Assembly: GCA_046484135.1 (NCBI GenBank)
Contig: JAWOBU010000176.1
Location: 1 to 25,368 of the forward strand
Source of the DNA: a bacterium
Lineage (GTDB): Bacteria; RBG-13-61-14; DATKZS01
Direction: 5' to 3'
Length of the DNA stretch: 25,368 nt
The stretch's first letter is position 1. Each line of letters begins with the position of its first letter. The notes beneath the pieces were generated by a model. That model was given only the letters and a program-made list of their open reading frames with translations, searched no databases and was not told the DNA's origin. Below, piece after piece: positions 8,550-17,436 of this stretch. The translations under genes were made by a program, and so were the position numbers.

Positions 8550-9680
8550 ATGATGTTTGAAATAGTTCTTCCGGCGCGGATCAATATCCTTGGCAACCCG
8601 TCCGACGGCAACGAGGGCGCGCACCAGACCATATCCGCGGCCATCAACGTATTCGGCAGTGTCAAGGTCGAAAGATCGGACCGTTTCTGCTTGAGCTTTA
8701 AAAGCGTGTCTGGGGAACCGGAGAGCGATCCAATCGAGCTCGGCAAGGACAGCTTTTCCGGGCTTTCTTACGGGTTGGGCTTCGATCTTCCGGTGGCAGC
8801 CATCCGCACTTTGCACGGCTACAGCCCGGAGTTCCGGGAGAAGGCGGAGAACAAGCCCTTCTCCCTGGAGTTCTACACCGGGATACCGCGGCAGAGCGGC
8901 ATGGGCGGGTCCACCGTCCTGGTGCTGCTCACCATGCTGGCCATGGTCAGGCATTACCAGCTCGATCCGCTCTTCCACAACTACTATGTGCTGGGAGAGC
9001 TGGCCCAGCGGGCGGAAGAACGAGAGCTCGACATCACCTGCGGCTTTGCCGACCGCTACGTACCATTGTTCGGCGGCATCGCTTACATTGACTACCGGGA
9101 CAAGCTCTTCCACCGGCCCGTCAAGGAAGAGCCTTACTGCACTTACGAAAAACTCGACAAGTGCGAGACAGACTGCCCCCTGGTGATCTGCTCGACCGGA
9201 GTCCGGCACGAGTCCGGAGACGTGCACCGGCCCATGCGGGCCCGCTACCTGGAGGAGTACAAGCAGTTCGCGGGCGACTATGACCAGGCCCCCTTTATGG
9301 TCCGGATCATGAAAGAGATCGGAGACACGGCCTGGAAGGGAAAGATAGCCCTGCTGGAAGGGGACCTCGACCGGTTCGGCGAGCTCATGAATACAAACCA
9401 CGGCCTGGTGGACGAGATGATGCGCCACAGCGGCTTCAGCGAAGGCGCGGGAGAAGCCAACAACCGCATGATCCGCACCGGAATGGAGCACGGCGCTTTG
9501 GGTGCCAAGCTCACCGGCGCCGGCGGCGGCGGCTCGGTGTTCATGCTGGTCCCGCCGGGTCGGGAGAAGGCGATAGAGGAAGAGCTCAGAAAGACGCTCG
9601 AGCATTACGGCTACGTCCACGGCCGCGTGTTCATACCCGAGATAGTCCGGGAGGGCGCTGTTATAAGGGAAGAGTCATGA
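8550..9680 (+). CDS. GHMP-family sugar-1-kinase, glucuronokinase-like
   Basis: PARINILGNPSD, ATP loop IPRQSGMGGS, CGFADRY...GG, SGDVH, GAKLTGAGGGG. Confidence 0.85.
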   Translation: MMFEIVLPARINILGNPSDGNEGAHQTISAAINVFGSVKVERSDRFCLSFKSVSGEPESDPIELGKDSFSGLSYGLGFDLPVAAIRTLHGYSPEFREKAENKPFSLEFYTGIPRQSGMGGSTVLVLLTMLAMVRHYQLDPLFHNYYVLGELAQRAEERELDITCGFADRYVPLFGGIAYIDYRDKLFHRPVKEEPYCTYEKLDKCETDCPLVICSTGVRHESGDVHRPMRARYLEEYKQFAGDYDQAPFMVRIMKEIGDTAWKGKIALLEGDLDRFGELMNTNHGLVDEMMRHSGFSEGAGEANNRMIRTGMEHGALGAKLTGAGGGGSVFMLVPPGREKAIEEELRKTLEHYGYVHGRVFIPEIVREGAVIREES

Positions 9681-10645
9681 TCGAGCTTCCCCTGACGGTG
9701 GTGATCCTTGCCGCGGGCAAAGGCACACGGCTGGGTCCGCTTCGCTTGGCCCACTCCAAAGCCATGACCCCTATCCTGGGCGTGCCCGTGATCCAGAAGG
9801 TCCTGGAGAGCTTTTCCATAAACGGCTGTCATGACTTCCTGGTGGTGGGAAGCCCGGACGACGAGCCCTTGATCTCGTGGGCGCAAAGCTTCCATAACGG
9901 CGGGCTTCGTGTGCGGCTCGCGTTCCAGGAGGAGCGCAAAGGCACCGCCCATGCCCTGCTCCAGGCCAGGTCCAGCATCCACCAGGACTTCGTGGTGACC
10001 TCATGCGACAATATCTTCCCGGCCTCTCATGTAAGCAACCTATTAACCGCACATCTCGCCCATCGGCCGCCCGCGGTACTTACCACCTCTGACTATCAGC
10101 CCGAGGACCTGGAACGCTCCGCAGGCGTAAAGCTCATGGGCGACATGGTCCAGGAGATAGTGGAGAAGCCGGGCCGCGACTCGACCGGCTGGGACGCCAT
10201 CAGCAAGTTTCTTTTCATCTTCAGAAAGGACCTGCTCGACTGCCTGGACGCGGTGCGGCCTTCCGCACGCGGAGAGCTCGAGCTCCAGGACGCCATCACC
10301 CTGTTCATGGAAATAAGCGACGAGTTCTGCCGGGCGGTCAAGATAAACGAGTTCCTGCACCTGACCTCCCAGGAAGACCTTATCCATATCCACCGCCATT
10401 ACCTAAAGAACCACCGGCAGTTCATCATCCACCCCGAGGCCAAAGTCCGGCCCGGCGTTACTATACATCACCCCGTCATGATCGGCAGAAGGTCTCTTGT
10501 GGAAAGCTCCTGCGAGCTCGGCCCTTTTGTGTACGTGGGGGACGACGCCCGGGTGGAAAGCGGCGCCCGGCTTAAAAACTCGGTGGTCTATCCCGGAGCG
10601 CGGGTCTCTTCTGAAGAAGAAGTACAAGACCGGATCGTGCTCTGA
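9677..10645 (+). CDS. Sugar-1-phosphate nucleotidyltransferase with C-terminal left-handed beta-helix
   Basis: ILAAGKGTRLGPL, K(A)M.PI, Q...GTAHAL, EKP, PSARGELELQDAI, hexapeptide-like tail; ATGA overlap with the kinase stop. Confidence 0.88.
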   Translation: MIELPLTVVILAAGKGTRLGPLRLAHSKAMTPILGVPVIQKVLESFSINGCHDFLVVGSPDDEPLISWAQSFHNGGLRVRLAFQEERKGTAHALLQARSSIHQDFVVTSCDNIFPASHVSNLLTAHLAHRPPAVLTTSDYQPEDLERSAGVKLMGDMVQEIVEKPGRDSTGWDAISKFLFIFRKDLLDCLDAVRPSARGELELQDAITLFMEISDEFCRAVKINEFLHLTSQEDLIHIHRHYLKNHRQFIIHPEAKVRPGVTIHHPVMIGRRSLVESSCELGPFVYVGDDARVESGARLKNSVVYPGARVSSEEEVQDRIVL

Positions 10646-10680
10646 GTGCCGGCAACAAAGCTTGTAGCCTCTCGTAAACC

Positions 10681-10709
10681 TTGACTGAGTGAAGAGCCCG
10701 CCTTAACAT
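10681..10709 (+). promoter_or_regulatory. Putative sigma70 promoter giving a very short leader
   Basis: TTGACT-N17-TAACAT, 12 nt before ATG 10722; no obvious SD. Confidence 0.55.
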
Positions 10710-10721
10710 CTAAAAGTAGCA

Positions 10722-11444
10722 ATGAAAGAAGAAGACAAGAGCCGGCCCGGCCACAAAGCACCCGCGGGATACGACCCTGCCAGGTACCAAAAGCCGTCGG
10801 TGGCCTGTGACGTGGTGATCGTGTCCTACCGGGAGAATGAACTTTCGGTGCTTTTGATCGAGCGTAAAAAAGACCCTTACCAGGGCTATTGGGCGCTTCC
10901 CGGCGGGTTCGTGGAAATCCACGAGTCCCTGGAGGCAGCAGCCGCGCGGGAGGTGGAAGAGGAGACCGGGGTTAGCGGGCTGAGTCTTATTTCGCTTGGT
11001 TCCTTTGGAGACCCGGAGCGCGACCCGCGCACCCGCGTCATCTCCGCGGCTTATCTTGCCCTGGTGCGGGCGGACAGGACAGACCCGCGCGCCGGAGATG
11101 ACGCCAAAGAGACCGGCTGGTTCTCTCTGCGGAACCCTCCGGAGATGGCGTTCGACCACCGGCGCATCCTGGAGGCCGCACAAGAGAAGCTGTTGGAGGT
11201 TTCCGTTCTCACCCGCCGCCTGTTCGAGCTTCTGCCGGAGAGCTTTACCAAGAAGGAATTCCTCTGCCTCGCCGGCCAGGTTACGGGAAAAAGCTATGAC
11301 CGCGATGCCTTCTTCCGGTCCATGGACGAGATACCCGCGTTTGTAAAAGCAGACGAAGAACTCTACCGGTTCCATAAAGAAAAGTTTCGCCAAGGCGACT
11401 TGTTCTTTCTTCTTTTGGGAGACAGGGAAAGAGAGAAGCAATGA
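10722..11444 (+). CDS. Nudix hydrolase, NrtR / ADP-ribose pyrophosphatase-like
   Basis: PSVACDVVI, WALPGGFV, intact Nudix box G...ESLEAAAAREVEEETG, RDPRTRVIS.AY, GDDA, AFDH, LLPESFT start of a wHTH-like domain. Confidence 0.88.
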   Translation: MKEEDKSRPGHKAPAGYDPARYQKPSVACDVVIVSYRENELSVLLIERKKDPYQGYWALPGGFVEIHESLEAAAAREVEEETGVSGLSLISLGSFGDPERDPRTRVISAAYLALVRADRTDPRAGDDAKETGWFSLRNPPEMAFDHRRILEAAQEKLLEVSVLTRRLFELLPESFTKKEFLCLAGQVTGKSYDRDAFFRSMDEIPAFVKADEELYRFHKEKFRQGDLFFLLLGDREREKQ

Positions 11445-12787
11445 GAATAAAGATCACAGCATCCCTCCTGCTTTTCGCGCTTCTGTCGGCATCCTACTGG
11501 AGCAGCCGGTCGGAAAAGCCGGAATGGAAGATAGTCCAGCTTACCTCCTGCATGTCCGGCTGGAACACGGACCCACAGGTTACGGATGACGGCCGTACCG
11601 TCTACTTCCTCTCCACCTGCAACCTCGCGGACATGAACGACGACAAGTCCCCCGAGATATTCCGGTGGAGAGAGGGCAAGATCAAACAGCTTACCAGGCA
11701 AAAAAACTGCATTATAAACGACCTGGCACTGGCGCCGGACAATCAAAGCCTGGCCTTCTCCTCGAACTGCTCCTTTTCCGGAGACAATCTGCAACCCACC
11801 TTCGACATTCATGTAAGAGAAAAAGACGGCGACATCCGCGCCATAACCAACGGCAACGGCATCCCCAGCAGAAACCCGGCCTGGTCGCCCGACAGCCGCC
11901 GGATGGCCTTCGAGTCCCGCGCCGACCTCAAAAAAAAGGAGAACCTTGATTACAGCAATGAAATCTTTCTGGCAGAGCTGTCCGCTTCCACGGTTTCAAT
12001 CAAGCAGATAAGCAACACCCGCCCGCCCGGCGGATGCGAAGAGCCGGGCCTCACCACAACCTCCATAATATGCAGGTGCAACGACGACATTCCCGGTACG
12101 GACAAGCCGGAGGAAATGTCCGACCTGACCATGACCAGGGATGGAAGGACGGTAGGAGGAAACCCGGACAAGAACTGGGAGATTTTCAAGTTCTCCTTTT
12201 CAGGGGAACCTCGCCAGCTCACTTACAGCCAGGGCTGTTCCAACGGCGCGCCCGTGGTGTCCCCGCAGGGCAAAGTCGTCTCCTTCACCTCGCCCTGCAA
12301 ACTGAAGCCGGAAAAAACGGACATGCCTTTATCTTCCTTCGAGCTTTACCTCCTGGCGCCGGATGTAACAAGGCCATTTCCCGGCCATGACTTTCCGGTC
12401 CGCTCGATGGCATGGTCCGGCGACGGGAACCTGCTGGCTTTAAGTACTCCGCTCGGAACGCGAGAGTTTAACAAAGAGAACAACATCGAGATTTCAACCC
12501 TGGAGATGCCGAAAAACTTTTATGAAAAAAAAGAGACGGCTTTCGATAAAGAAACGCCCGCCCAATACTTGAAGCCGGTCACCGACTTCAACTACGGAAC
12601 TTCCGAACTCCCTGATGTGAACCGGGACGGGAAAGTCATCGTGTTTGTGTCCAATGCGAACTACAAGGACGGCAACCAGGACGGCTCCCGCGAGATATTC
12701 ATGGCCGTCCGACAGAACAAGTACCGCGAGATCATGGAAGGACCGGAAGAGACGGGACAGGGGAACACGGTTTCCGGAGAGGAGTAA
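11441..12787 (+). CDS. Exported TolB-like (PD40) beta-propeller protein
   Basis: N-terminal signal/anchor; repeats PAWSPDSRRMAFES, PVVSPQGKVVSFTS, PDVNRDGKVIVFVS; ATGA overlap with the Nudix gene. Confidence 0.75.
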   Translation: MRIKITASLLLFALLSASYWSSRSEKPEWKIVQLTSCMSGWNTDPQVTDDGRTVYFLSTCNLADMNDDKSPEIFRWREGKIKQLTRQKNCIINDLALAPDNQSLAFSSNCSFSGDNLQPTFDIHVREKDGDIRAITNGNGIPSRNPAWSPDSRRMAFESRADLKKKENLDYSNEIFLAELSASTVSIKQISNTRPPGGCEEPGLTTTSIICRCNDDIPGTDKPEEMSDLTMTRDGRTVGGNPDKNWEIFKFSFSGEPRQLTYSQGCSNGAPVVSPQGKVVSFTSPCKLKPEKTDMPLSSFELYLLAPDVTRPFPGHDFPVRSMAWSGDGNLLALSTPLGTREFNKENNIEISTLEMPKNFYEKKETAFDKETPAQYLKPVTDFNYGTSELPDVNRDGKVIVFVSNANYKDGNQDGSREIFMAVRQNKYREIMEGPEETGQGNTVSGEE

Positions 12788-12793
12788 ACGGAG

Positions 12794-12816
12794 ATCGCGA
12801 CTAAAGTCGCTCGCAC
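12794..12816 (-). repeat. REP-like palindrome copy 1
   Basis: ATCGCGACTAAAGTCGCTCGCAC; stem GCGAC(T)-AA-(A)GTCGC. The minus strand reads GTGC-GAGCGACTTTAGTCGCGAT, the GTAG/GTGG-type REP layout. Confidence 0.8.
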
Positions 12817-12843
12817 GGTTTGTGATGAGACGCAGGCGCTAAA

Positions 12844-12866
12844 ATCGCGACTAAAGTCGCTTGCAC
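12844..12866 (-). repeat. REP-like palindrome copy 2
   Basis: ATCGCGACTAAAGTCGCTTGCAC, 22/23 identical to copy 1, same orientation, 27-nt spacer. Confidence 0.8.
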
Positions 12867-12921
12867 TGTATTATTATTGCTGCGGCTTATGATTTCGATT
12901 TTCTGGTAAAGGAGTTTATAG

Positions 12922-13557
12922 ATGGCCAGGTTTTTTCTGGTACGACACGGACAGACGGCGTGGAACAAGGACCAGCGTTTCCGGGGCCGCCACGATGTAG
13001 GACTTTCCGAGCAGGGTCACAAGGAGGCAGAGCTTGTTGCCGACGTGCTGGAGAAAGAAGGTATCGAACATTTGTACGCGAGCCCGTTGTCCCGTTCCAT
13101 GGACACCCTTGCTCCTCTGGCGAAGCGTCTTGACAAAGAGGTTGTTCCTTTGGAGGGGGTTATTGACTTGAGCTTCGGCGAATGGGAAGGCAAAGCGGCG
13201 GAGGAAGTAAAAGAGTCGTATCCGGACCTTTACCGGAAGTGGCAGGACTCTCCGGAAGAGGTGGTGTTTCCGGGCGGAGAGGGGCTTGGGGAAGCCCAGG
13301 TCCGGGCCATGCGCTCCATTTCCCGGCTGGCGGTCGAGCATTCCGAGTCCGTGGTTGCCGTCTGCACCCACCGCGTGATCTGCAAGCTCATCATGCTGGG
13401 ACTTTTGAACGTGAAGCCGGACCGGTTCTGGTCGTTGCGGCAGGACACCGCCTGCTTAAACCGTTTTCTGTACACCCCTCCCGAGGCTGTAATCATCACC
13501 GTGAACGAGACCCACCACCTTACGCCGCTGGGCGGCACTTTGCAGTCGGACTTCTAA
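12922..13557 (+). CDS. Histidine phosphatase family protein (CobC/GpmB-like)
   Basis: LVRHGQTAWN, SPLSRS..T, FGEWEG, PGGE, VCTH; AAGGAG RBS. Confidence 0.9.
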   Translation: MARFFLVRHGQTAWNKDQRFRGRHDVGLSEQGHKEAELVADVLEKEGIEHLYASPLSRSMDTLAPLAKRLDKEVVPLEGVIDLSFGEWEGKAAEEVKESYPDLYRKWQDSPEEVVFPGGEGLGEAQVRAMRSISRLAVEHSESVVAVCTHRVICKLIMLGLLNVKPDRFWSLRQDTACLNRFLYTPPEAVIITVNETHHLTPLGGTLQSDF

Positions 13558-13631
13558 ACGAAGCAAAGATAGTCGACAAAAAGGTCCCGGAGATTGAGAA
13601 ACCGGAAGCTTTGTGTAAAATAATAGGCGCT

Positions 13632-14147
13632 ATGGCTCAAAAATCCGAACAGGAAAGAAAACGTGAACACGCGCTTCTGTCCCTGCGCTTCTGCTGGCAC
13701 GTGGACGGCGTGATCGGGGGCTCCGCCCGGCCGGGAAGATACGGGAACCTTAAAAACGACCTCGAGTTCTTAAAGGAACACGGCATCAGCTTGATCGTGA
13801 ACCTTACTGCCGGCCCCCTCGACATCCCTCCCGATTACCAGGCGGACATGAAAGAAATACACGAGCCCCTTCCGGACGGCCACCCTCCGAGGCGGGAGCA
13901 ACTGGACCGCATTATCAGCGTAGTGGAGAATTCCGCCCACCAGGGAGAAAAGGTGGTGGTACACTGTCGGGGCGGTATCGGCAGGACAGCCACCGTGCTC
14001 ATTCCCCTGCTCATGACCATGGAAGGCATCTCCCTCCAGGAGGCCATCAACCGGCTCCGCAAGGCCGGCAGGTACACGCAGAGCATGGACCAGTGGGAGT
14101 TCCTGAAAGAGTGGGCGAAAGAGAAAAGCCCGCCGGAATCTTATTAA
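13632..14147 (+). CDS. Dual-specificity / protein-tyrosine phosphatase family protein (171 aa)
   Basis: CX5R loop VVVHCRGGIGRT, general-acid loop PLPDGHPP, Q...Q C-terminal motif. Start re-set to ATG 13632 because the upstream in-frame part overlaps the histidine phosphatase. Confidence 0.85.
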   Translation: MAQKSEQERKREHALLSLRFCWHVDGVIGGSARPGRYGNLKNDLEFLKEHGISLIVNLTAGPLDIPPDYQADMKEIHEPLPDGHPPRREQLDRIISVVENSAHQGEKVVVHCRGGIGRTATVLIPLLMTMEGISLQEAINRLRKAGRYTQSMDQWEFLKEWAKEKSPPESY

Positions 14148-14195
14148 TAAAACCTGCTGCTTTCGATAGGCGGGAGAAACCTTCTGGTCTCGATG

Positions 14196-14218
14196 ATCGC
14201 GACTGAAGTCTCTCGCAC
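14196..14218 (-). repeat. REP-like palindrome copy 3 (degenerate)
   Basis: ATCGCGACTGAAGTCTCTCGCAC, 21/23 identical to copy 1, between the convergent phosphatase and uvrA genes. Confidence 0.75.
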
Positions 14219-14266
14219 ATTCTCAGCTCTTTTCTTTTCAAGTATTTGTCTCCCGCCCGAGGAGTG

Positions 14267-17131
14267 TTATTGCGCGGCCTCCATGGCCCCTTCCTTCTTC
14301 AGGAGAGGCCGCAGGAACCGGCCGGTATGGGATTCCTCGACCTCGGCCACCTCTTCCGGAGGGCCTTCCGCGATTATGTACCCGCCCTGCTCTCCTCCTT
14401 CGGGTCCCAGGTCCATTATCCAGTCCGCGCACTTTATCACGTCCGGGTGGTGCTCGATCACTATCACGGTGTTGCCTTCGTCCACCAGCCTTCTCAGCAC
14501 AGCCAACAGCTTCTTGATGTCCTCGAAGTGAAGGCCGGTGGTGGGCTCGTCCAGGATATACAAGGTCCGGCCAGTGGACCGCTTGGAGAGCTCGCGGGAG
14601 AGCTTGATCCGCTGGGCTTCCCCCCCGGAGAGCGTGGTCGCGCTCTGTCCCAGCTTGATGTAACCGAGCCCCACGTCAATCAAGGTCTGAAGCTTGGACT
14701 GAATAACAGGTATATTTCCCAGGAACTCCATGGCCTGGTTCACGGTCATGTCCAGTACATCCGCTATGTTCTTGCCCTTGTACTTTATCTCCAGGGTCTC
14801 CCGGTTGTACCGGCTTCCCCCGCATACGTCGCAGGTTACGAACACGTCCGGAAGAAAGTGCATCTCGATCTTGATCATGCCGCCTCCCTCGCACGCTTCG
14901 CACCTTCCTCCCTTCACGTTGAAAGAGTACCTGCCCGGCTTGTACCCGCGCATCCTGGACTCGGGAAGCTTTGCGAACAGGTCGCGGACGGGCGTAAAAA
15001 GGCCGGTGTAGGTCGCCGGGTTGGACCGGGGCGTCCTGCCGATGGGCGACTGGTCAATGTCTATAACCCGGTCCAGGTATTGGATGCCGGTAATCTCCTT
15101 GTGTTCGCCCGGGTGCTGGCGGGAGCGATGGAGCTTCTGGGCCAGCGCCCGGTAGAGGGTATCAATGACCAGGCTGGACTTGCCCGACCCGGAAACTCCG
15201 GTAACGCAGGTATAAAGCCCTACCGGAAAGCCGGCGTCAATGTTCTTCAGGTTGTTGAGGCGGGCCCCTTTTACTGCGAGCTTCTTCTTGCCCGCTTTCT
15301 TGCGCGCGGGCAGGGGGATGCTCTTTTTGCCGGACAGGTAGGCTCCGGTAAGGGAAGTGGGATGCGCTATGACCTGGGCGGGCGTTCCCTGCGCCACCAG
15401 CCGGCCGCCTTCCCTGCCGGCGCCCGGTCCCATGTCCACAACGTTGTCCGCGGAAAGGATGGTGTTCTCGTCATGCTCGACCACTATCACGGTGTTGCCC
15501 AGGTCGCGGAGCCGGAGCAGGGTGTTGATGAGCCGCTGGTTGTCCCGCTGGTGCAGGCCGATAGTGGGCTCGTCCAGAATATAAAGCACGCCCATCAAGC
15601 TCGAACCTATCTGGGTGGCAAGCCGAATGCGCTGGCCCTCGCCGCCGGAAAGCGTGGATGACGGCCGGTCCAGGGTAAGGTAGTCCAGGCCCACATTTAG
15701 TAGAAACACCAGCCGCTCCCGAAGCTCCTTCATGATGCGGGAGGCGATATGGGTCTCGCGGGAAGAAAGATCGAGCGACTCGACCCAGTCCATGGCTTCC
15801 TGGATGGACATGGCCGAGACATCGGCTATGTTAAGGCCCTGCACCCGGATGTTAAGACTCTCCTGCCGGAGCCGGGCGCCCTCACAGGAAGGACAGAGCA
15901 TGTAGGACATGTAGTTGTAAAGCTCCTCCCGGACCGCGTCCGAGGTCGTCTCCCGGAACCTGCGGTCCAGGTAGGGTATGACCCCTTCGAAAGGCCGGGA
16001 GAAGGTATGGGACATGCCCACGTCGCTCTCCAGCTTGAACCTGATGTCTTCGTCTCCCGACCCGTGGAGGATTATCTTCTGGATTTTCTTGGGGAGCTTC
16101 TTAAATGGAGTCCTCACGTTAAAGCCGTAGTGGCGGGCCAGGCTTTCCAGCATCTGGTAATAGTAGTCCGACCCGCGTTTTGACCAGGGCACGATCACGC
16201 CTTCCCTTATGCTCAAACCCGGGTCGGGAAGGACCAGCTCGGTGTCGAAGTACATCTTGGTCCCCAGCCCGTCGCACTCCGTGCAGGCGCCGTAGGGGTT
16301 GTTAAAGCTGAACATGCGGGGCGATATCTCCGGATAGCTTATGCCGCAGGAGGGACAGGCAAACCTTTCCGAAAATATGAGGGTAGAGGACTCTTCCCCT
16401 TCTTCGGCCGGCACCGGCTCCACCTGGACAATACCTTCCGCCAGCTTGAGGGCGACCTCGAGGGAGTCGGCCAGGCGCTTTTCCACCTTGCCCGGCCGCA
16501 CCACCAGCCGGTCCACGAAAACCTCGATGGTGTGATTCTTTTTCTTGTCCAGGGATATCTCATCGCCCAGTTCGTAAAGCTCGCCGTCCACCCGCACGCG
16601 GACAAAGCCGTCCCGCCGGAGCCGGTTCATCTCCTTTTTATACTCCCCTTTCCGGTTTCGGACCAGGGGAGCAAGGACATTGACACGGGTGCCTTCCGGG
16701 AGCTCCATCACCTGGTCCACCATCTGCTGGACGGTCTGGGTGGATATCTCTCTTCCGCACTCGTAGCAGAAAGGATGTCCCACCCGGGCGAAAAGAAGCC
16801 TCAAGTAGTCGTAAATCTCGGTAACCGTGGCCACGGTGGAGCGCGGGTTTTTGGACACGTTCTTCTGCTCGATGGAGATGGCGGGTGAAAGCCCCTCGAT
16901 GGTGTCAACCTCCGGCTTGTTCATGAGCTCCAAAAACTGCCGAGCGTAAGCGGAAAGGCTCTCCACGTACCGACGCTGTCCCTCCGCATAGATCGTATCA
17001 AAAGCCAGCGAGCTCTTGCCGGAGCCGGACACGCCCGTGATGACCACCAGCTTGTCGCGGGGTATCTCCACGTCTATACCTTTCAAATTGTGCTCGCGGG
17101 CCCCTTTTATGTAAATGTTTTTATTATCCAT
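14267..17131 (-). CDS. uvrA: Excinuclease ABC subunit A
   Basis: GAREHNLK, two Walker A motifs [21 protein letters not shown], Zn fingers, [12 protein letters not shown] / [16 protein letters not shown]. Confidence 0.99.
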   Translation of the reverse strand: MDNKNIYIKGAREHNLKGIDVEIPRDKLVVITGVSGSGKSSLAFDTIYAEGQRRYVESLSAYARQFLELMNKPEVDTIEGLSPAISIEQKNVSKNPRSTVATVTEIYDYLRLLFARVGHPFCYECGREISTQTVQQMVDQVMELPEGTRVNVLAPLVRNRKGEYKKEMNRLRRDGFVRVRVDGELYELGDEISLDKKKNHTIEVFVDRLVVRPGKVEKRLADSLEVALKLAEGIVQVEPVPAEEGEESSTLIFSERFACPSCGISYPEISPRMFSFNNPYGACTECDGLGTKMYFDTELVLPDPGLSIREGVIVPWSKRGSDYYYQMLESLARHYGFNVRTPFKKLPKKIQKIILHGSGDEDIRFKLESDVGMSHTFSRPFEGVIPYLDRRFRETTSDAVREELYNYMSYMLCPSCEGARLRQESLNIRVQGLNIADVSAMSIQEAMDWVESLDLSSRETHIASRIMKELRERLVFLLNVGLDYLTLDRPSSTLSGGEGQRIRLATQIGSSLMGVLYILDEPTIGLHQRDNQRLINTLLRLRDLGNTVIVVEHDENTILSADNVVDMGPGAGREGGRLVAQGTPAQVIAHPTSLTGAYLSGKKSIPLPARKKAGKKKLAVKGARLNNLKNIDAGFPVGLYTCVTGVSGSGKSSLVIDTLYRALAQKLHRSRQHPGEHKEITGIQYLDRVIDIDQSPIGRTPRSNPATYTGLFTPVRDLFAKLPESRMRGYKPGRYSFNVKGGRCEACEGGGMIKIEMHFLPDVFVTCDVCGGSRYNRETLEIKYKGKNIADVLDMTVNQAMEFLGNIPVIQSKLQTLIDVGLGYIKLGQSATTLSGGEAQRIKLSRELSKRSTGRTLYILDEPTTGLHFEDIKKLLAVLRRLVDEGNTVIVIEHHPDVIKCADWIMDLGPEGGEQGGYIIAEGPPEEVAEVEESHTGRFLRPLLKKEGAMEAAQ

Positions 17132-17221
17132 CTTTTACACCGCTCCACGCAGACAATCATAGTATCTTACCGGCTCATCAGGATTAAGCGTACTTGAACA
17201 TGAAGTTTGACTGTTGTTGTA

Positions 17222-17333
17222 GTGGGGAACAAAGAAAATGGGACTTGGCGCAAGGCGGATATTCAACTTGAATGGTCAACGAAAACATTGTATGGCCTCA
17301 AAACAGCAAGAGTTCATTTTCTTTGTTCCCCAC
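17222..17333. repeat. Internal inverted repeat A of the MITE (19-bp perfect arms)
   Basis: GTGGGGAACAAAGAAAATG (17222-17240) / CATTTTCTTTGTTCCCCAC (17315-17333). Confidence 0.9.
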
Positions 17334-17345
17334 AAATTCCACTTT

Positions 17346-17436
17346 AGCACAATCCGCATAAAACTTTGTCAAGGGCTCCCAAGGGGAGCCGCGCTTAAGA
17401 GCGGGCATGCCCCTTGACAAAGTTGCGGATTGTGCT
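17346..17436. repeat. Internal inverted repeat B of the MITE (13+13 bp with a 4-nt bulge)
   Basis: AGCACAATCCGCA (17346-58) / TGCGGATTGTGCT (17424-36) and ACTTTGTCAAGGG (17363-75) / CCCTTGACAAAGT (17411-23). Confidence 0.9.

Noticed and set aside
12794..12866. Mini CRISPR array (23-bp palindromic repeat, 27-bp spacer)
   Set aside because: Only two units, no cas genes or leader, and a third dispersed copy at 14196. The layout fits REP elements.
13182..13631. 150-aa N-terminal extension of the CX5R phosphatase, or a frameshift fusion with the histidine phosphatase
   Set aside because: Overlaps the upstream gene out of frame with low-complexity R/G/P composition; no slippery site noticed; both genes are complete alone.
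14246..15661. 471-aa ORF antisense to uvrA (and similar shadow ORFs opposite xylB, the GHMP kinase, glgP and the esterase)
   Set aside because: Shadow frames typical of GC-rich coding DNA, with no recognisable motifs.
17200..17417. Small ORFs inside the MITE (23 aa from 17200; 59 aa from 17238) as a type I toxin or transposase remnant
   Set aside because: No hydrophobic helix, no clear RBS, no transposase similarity.
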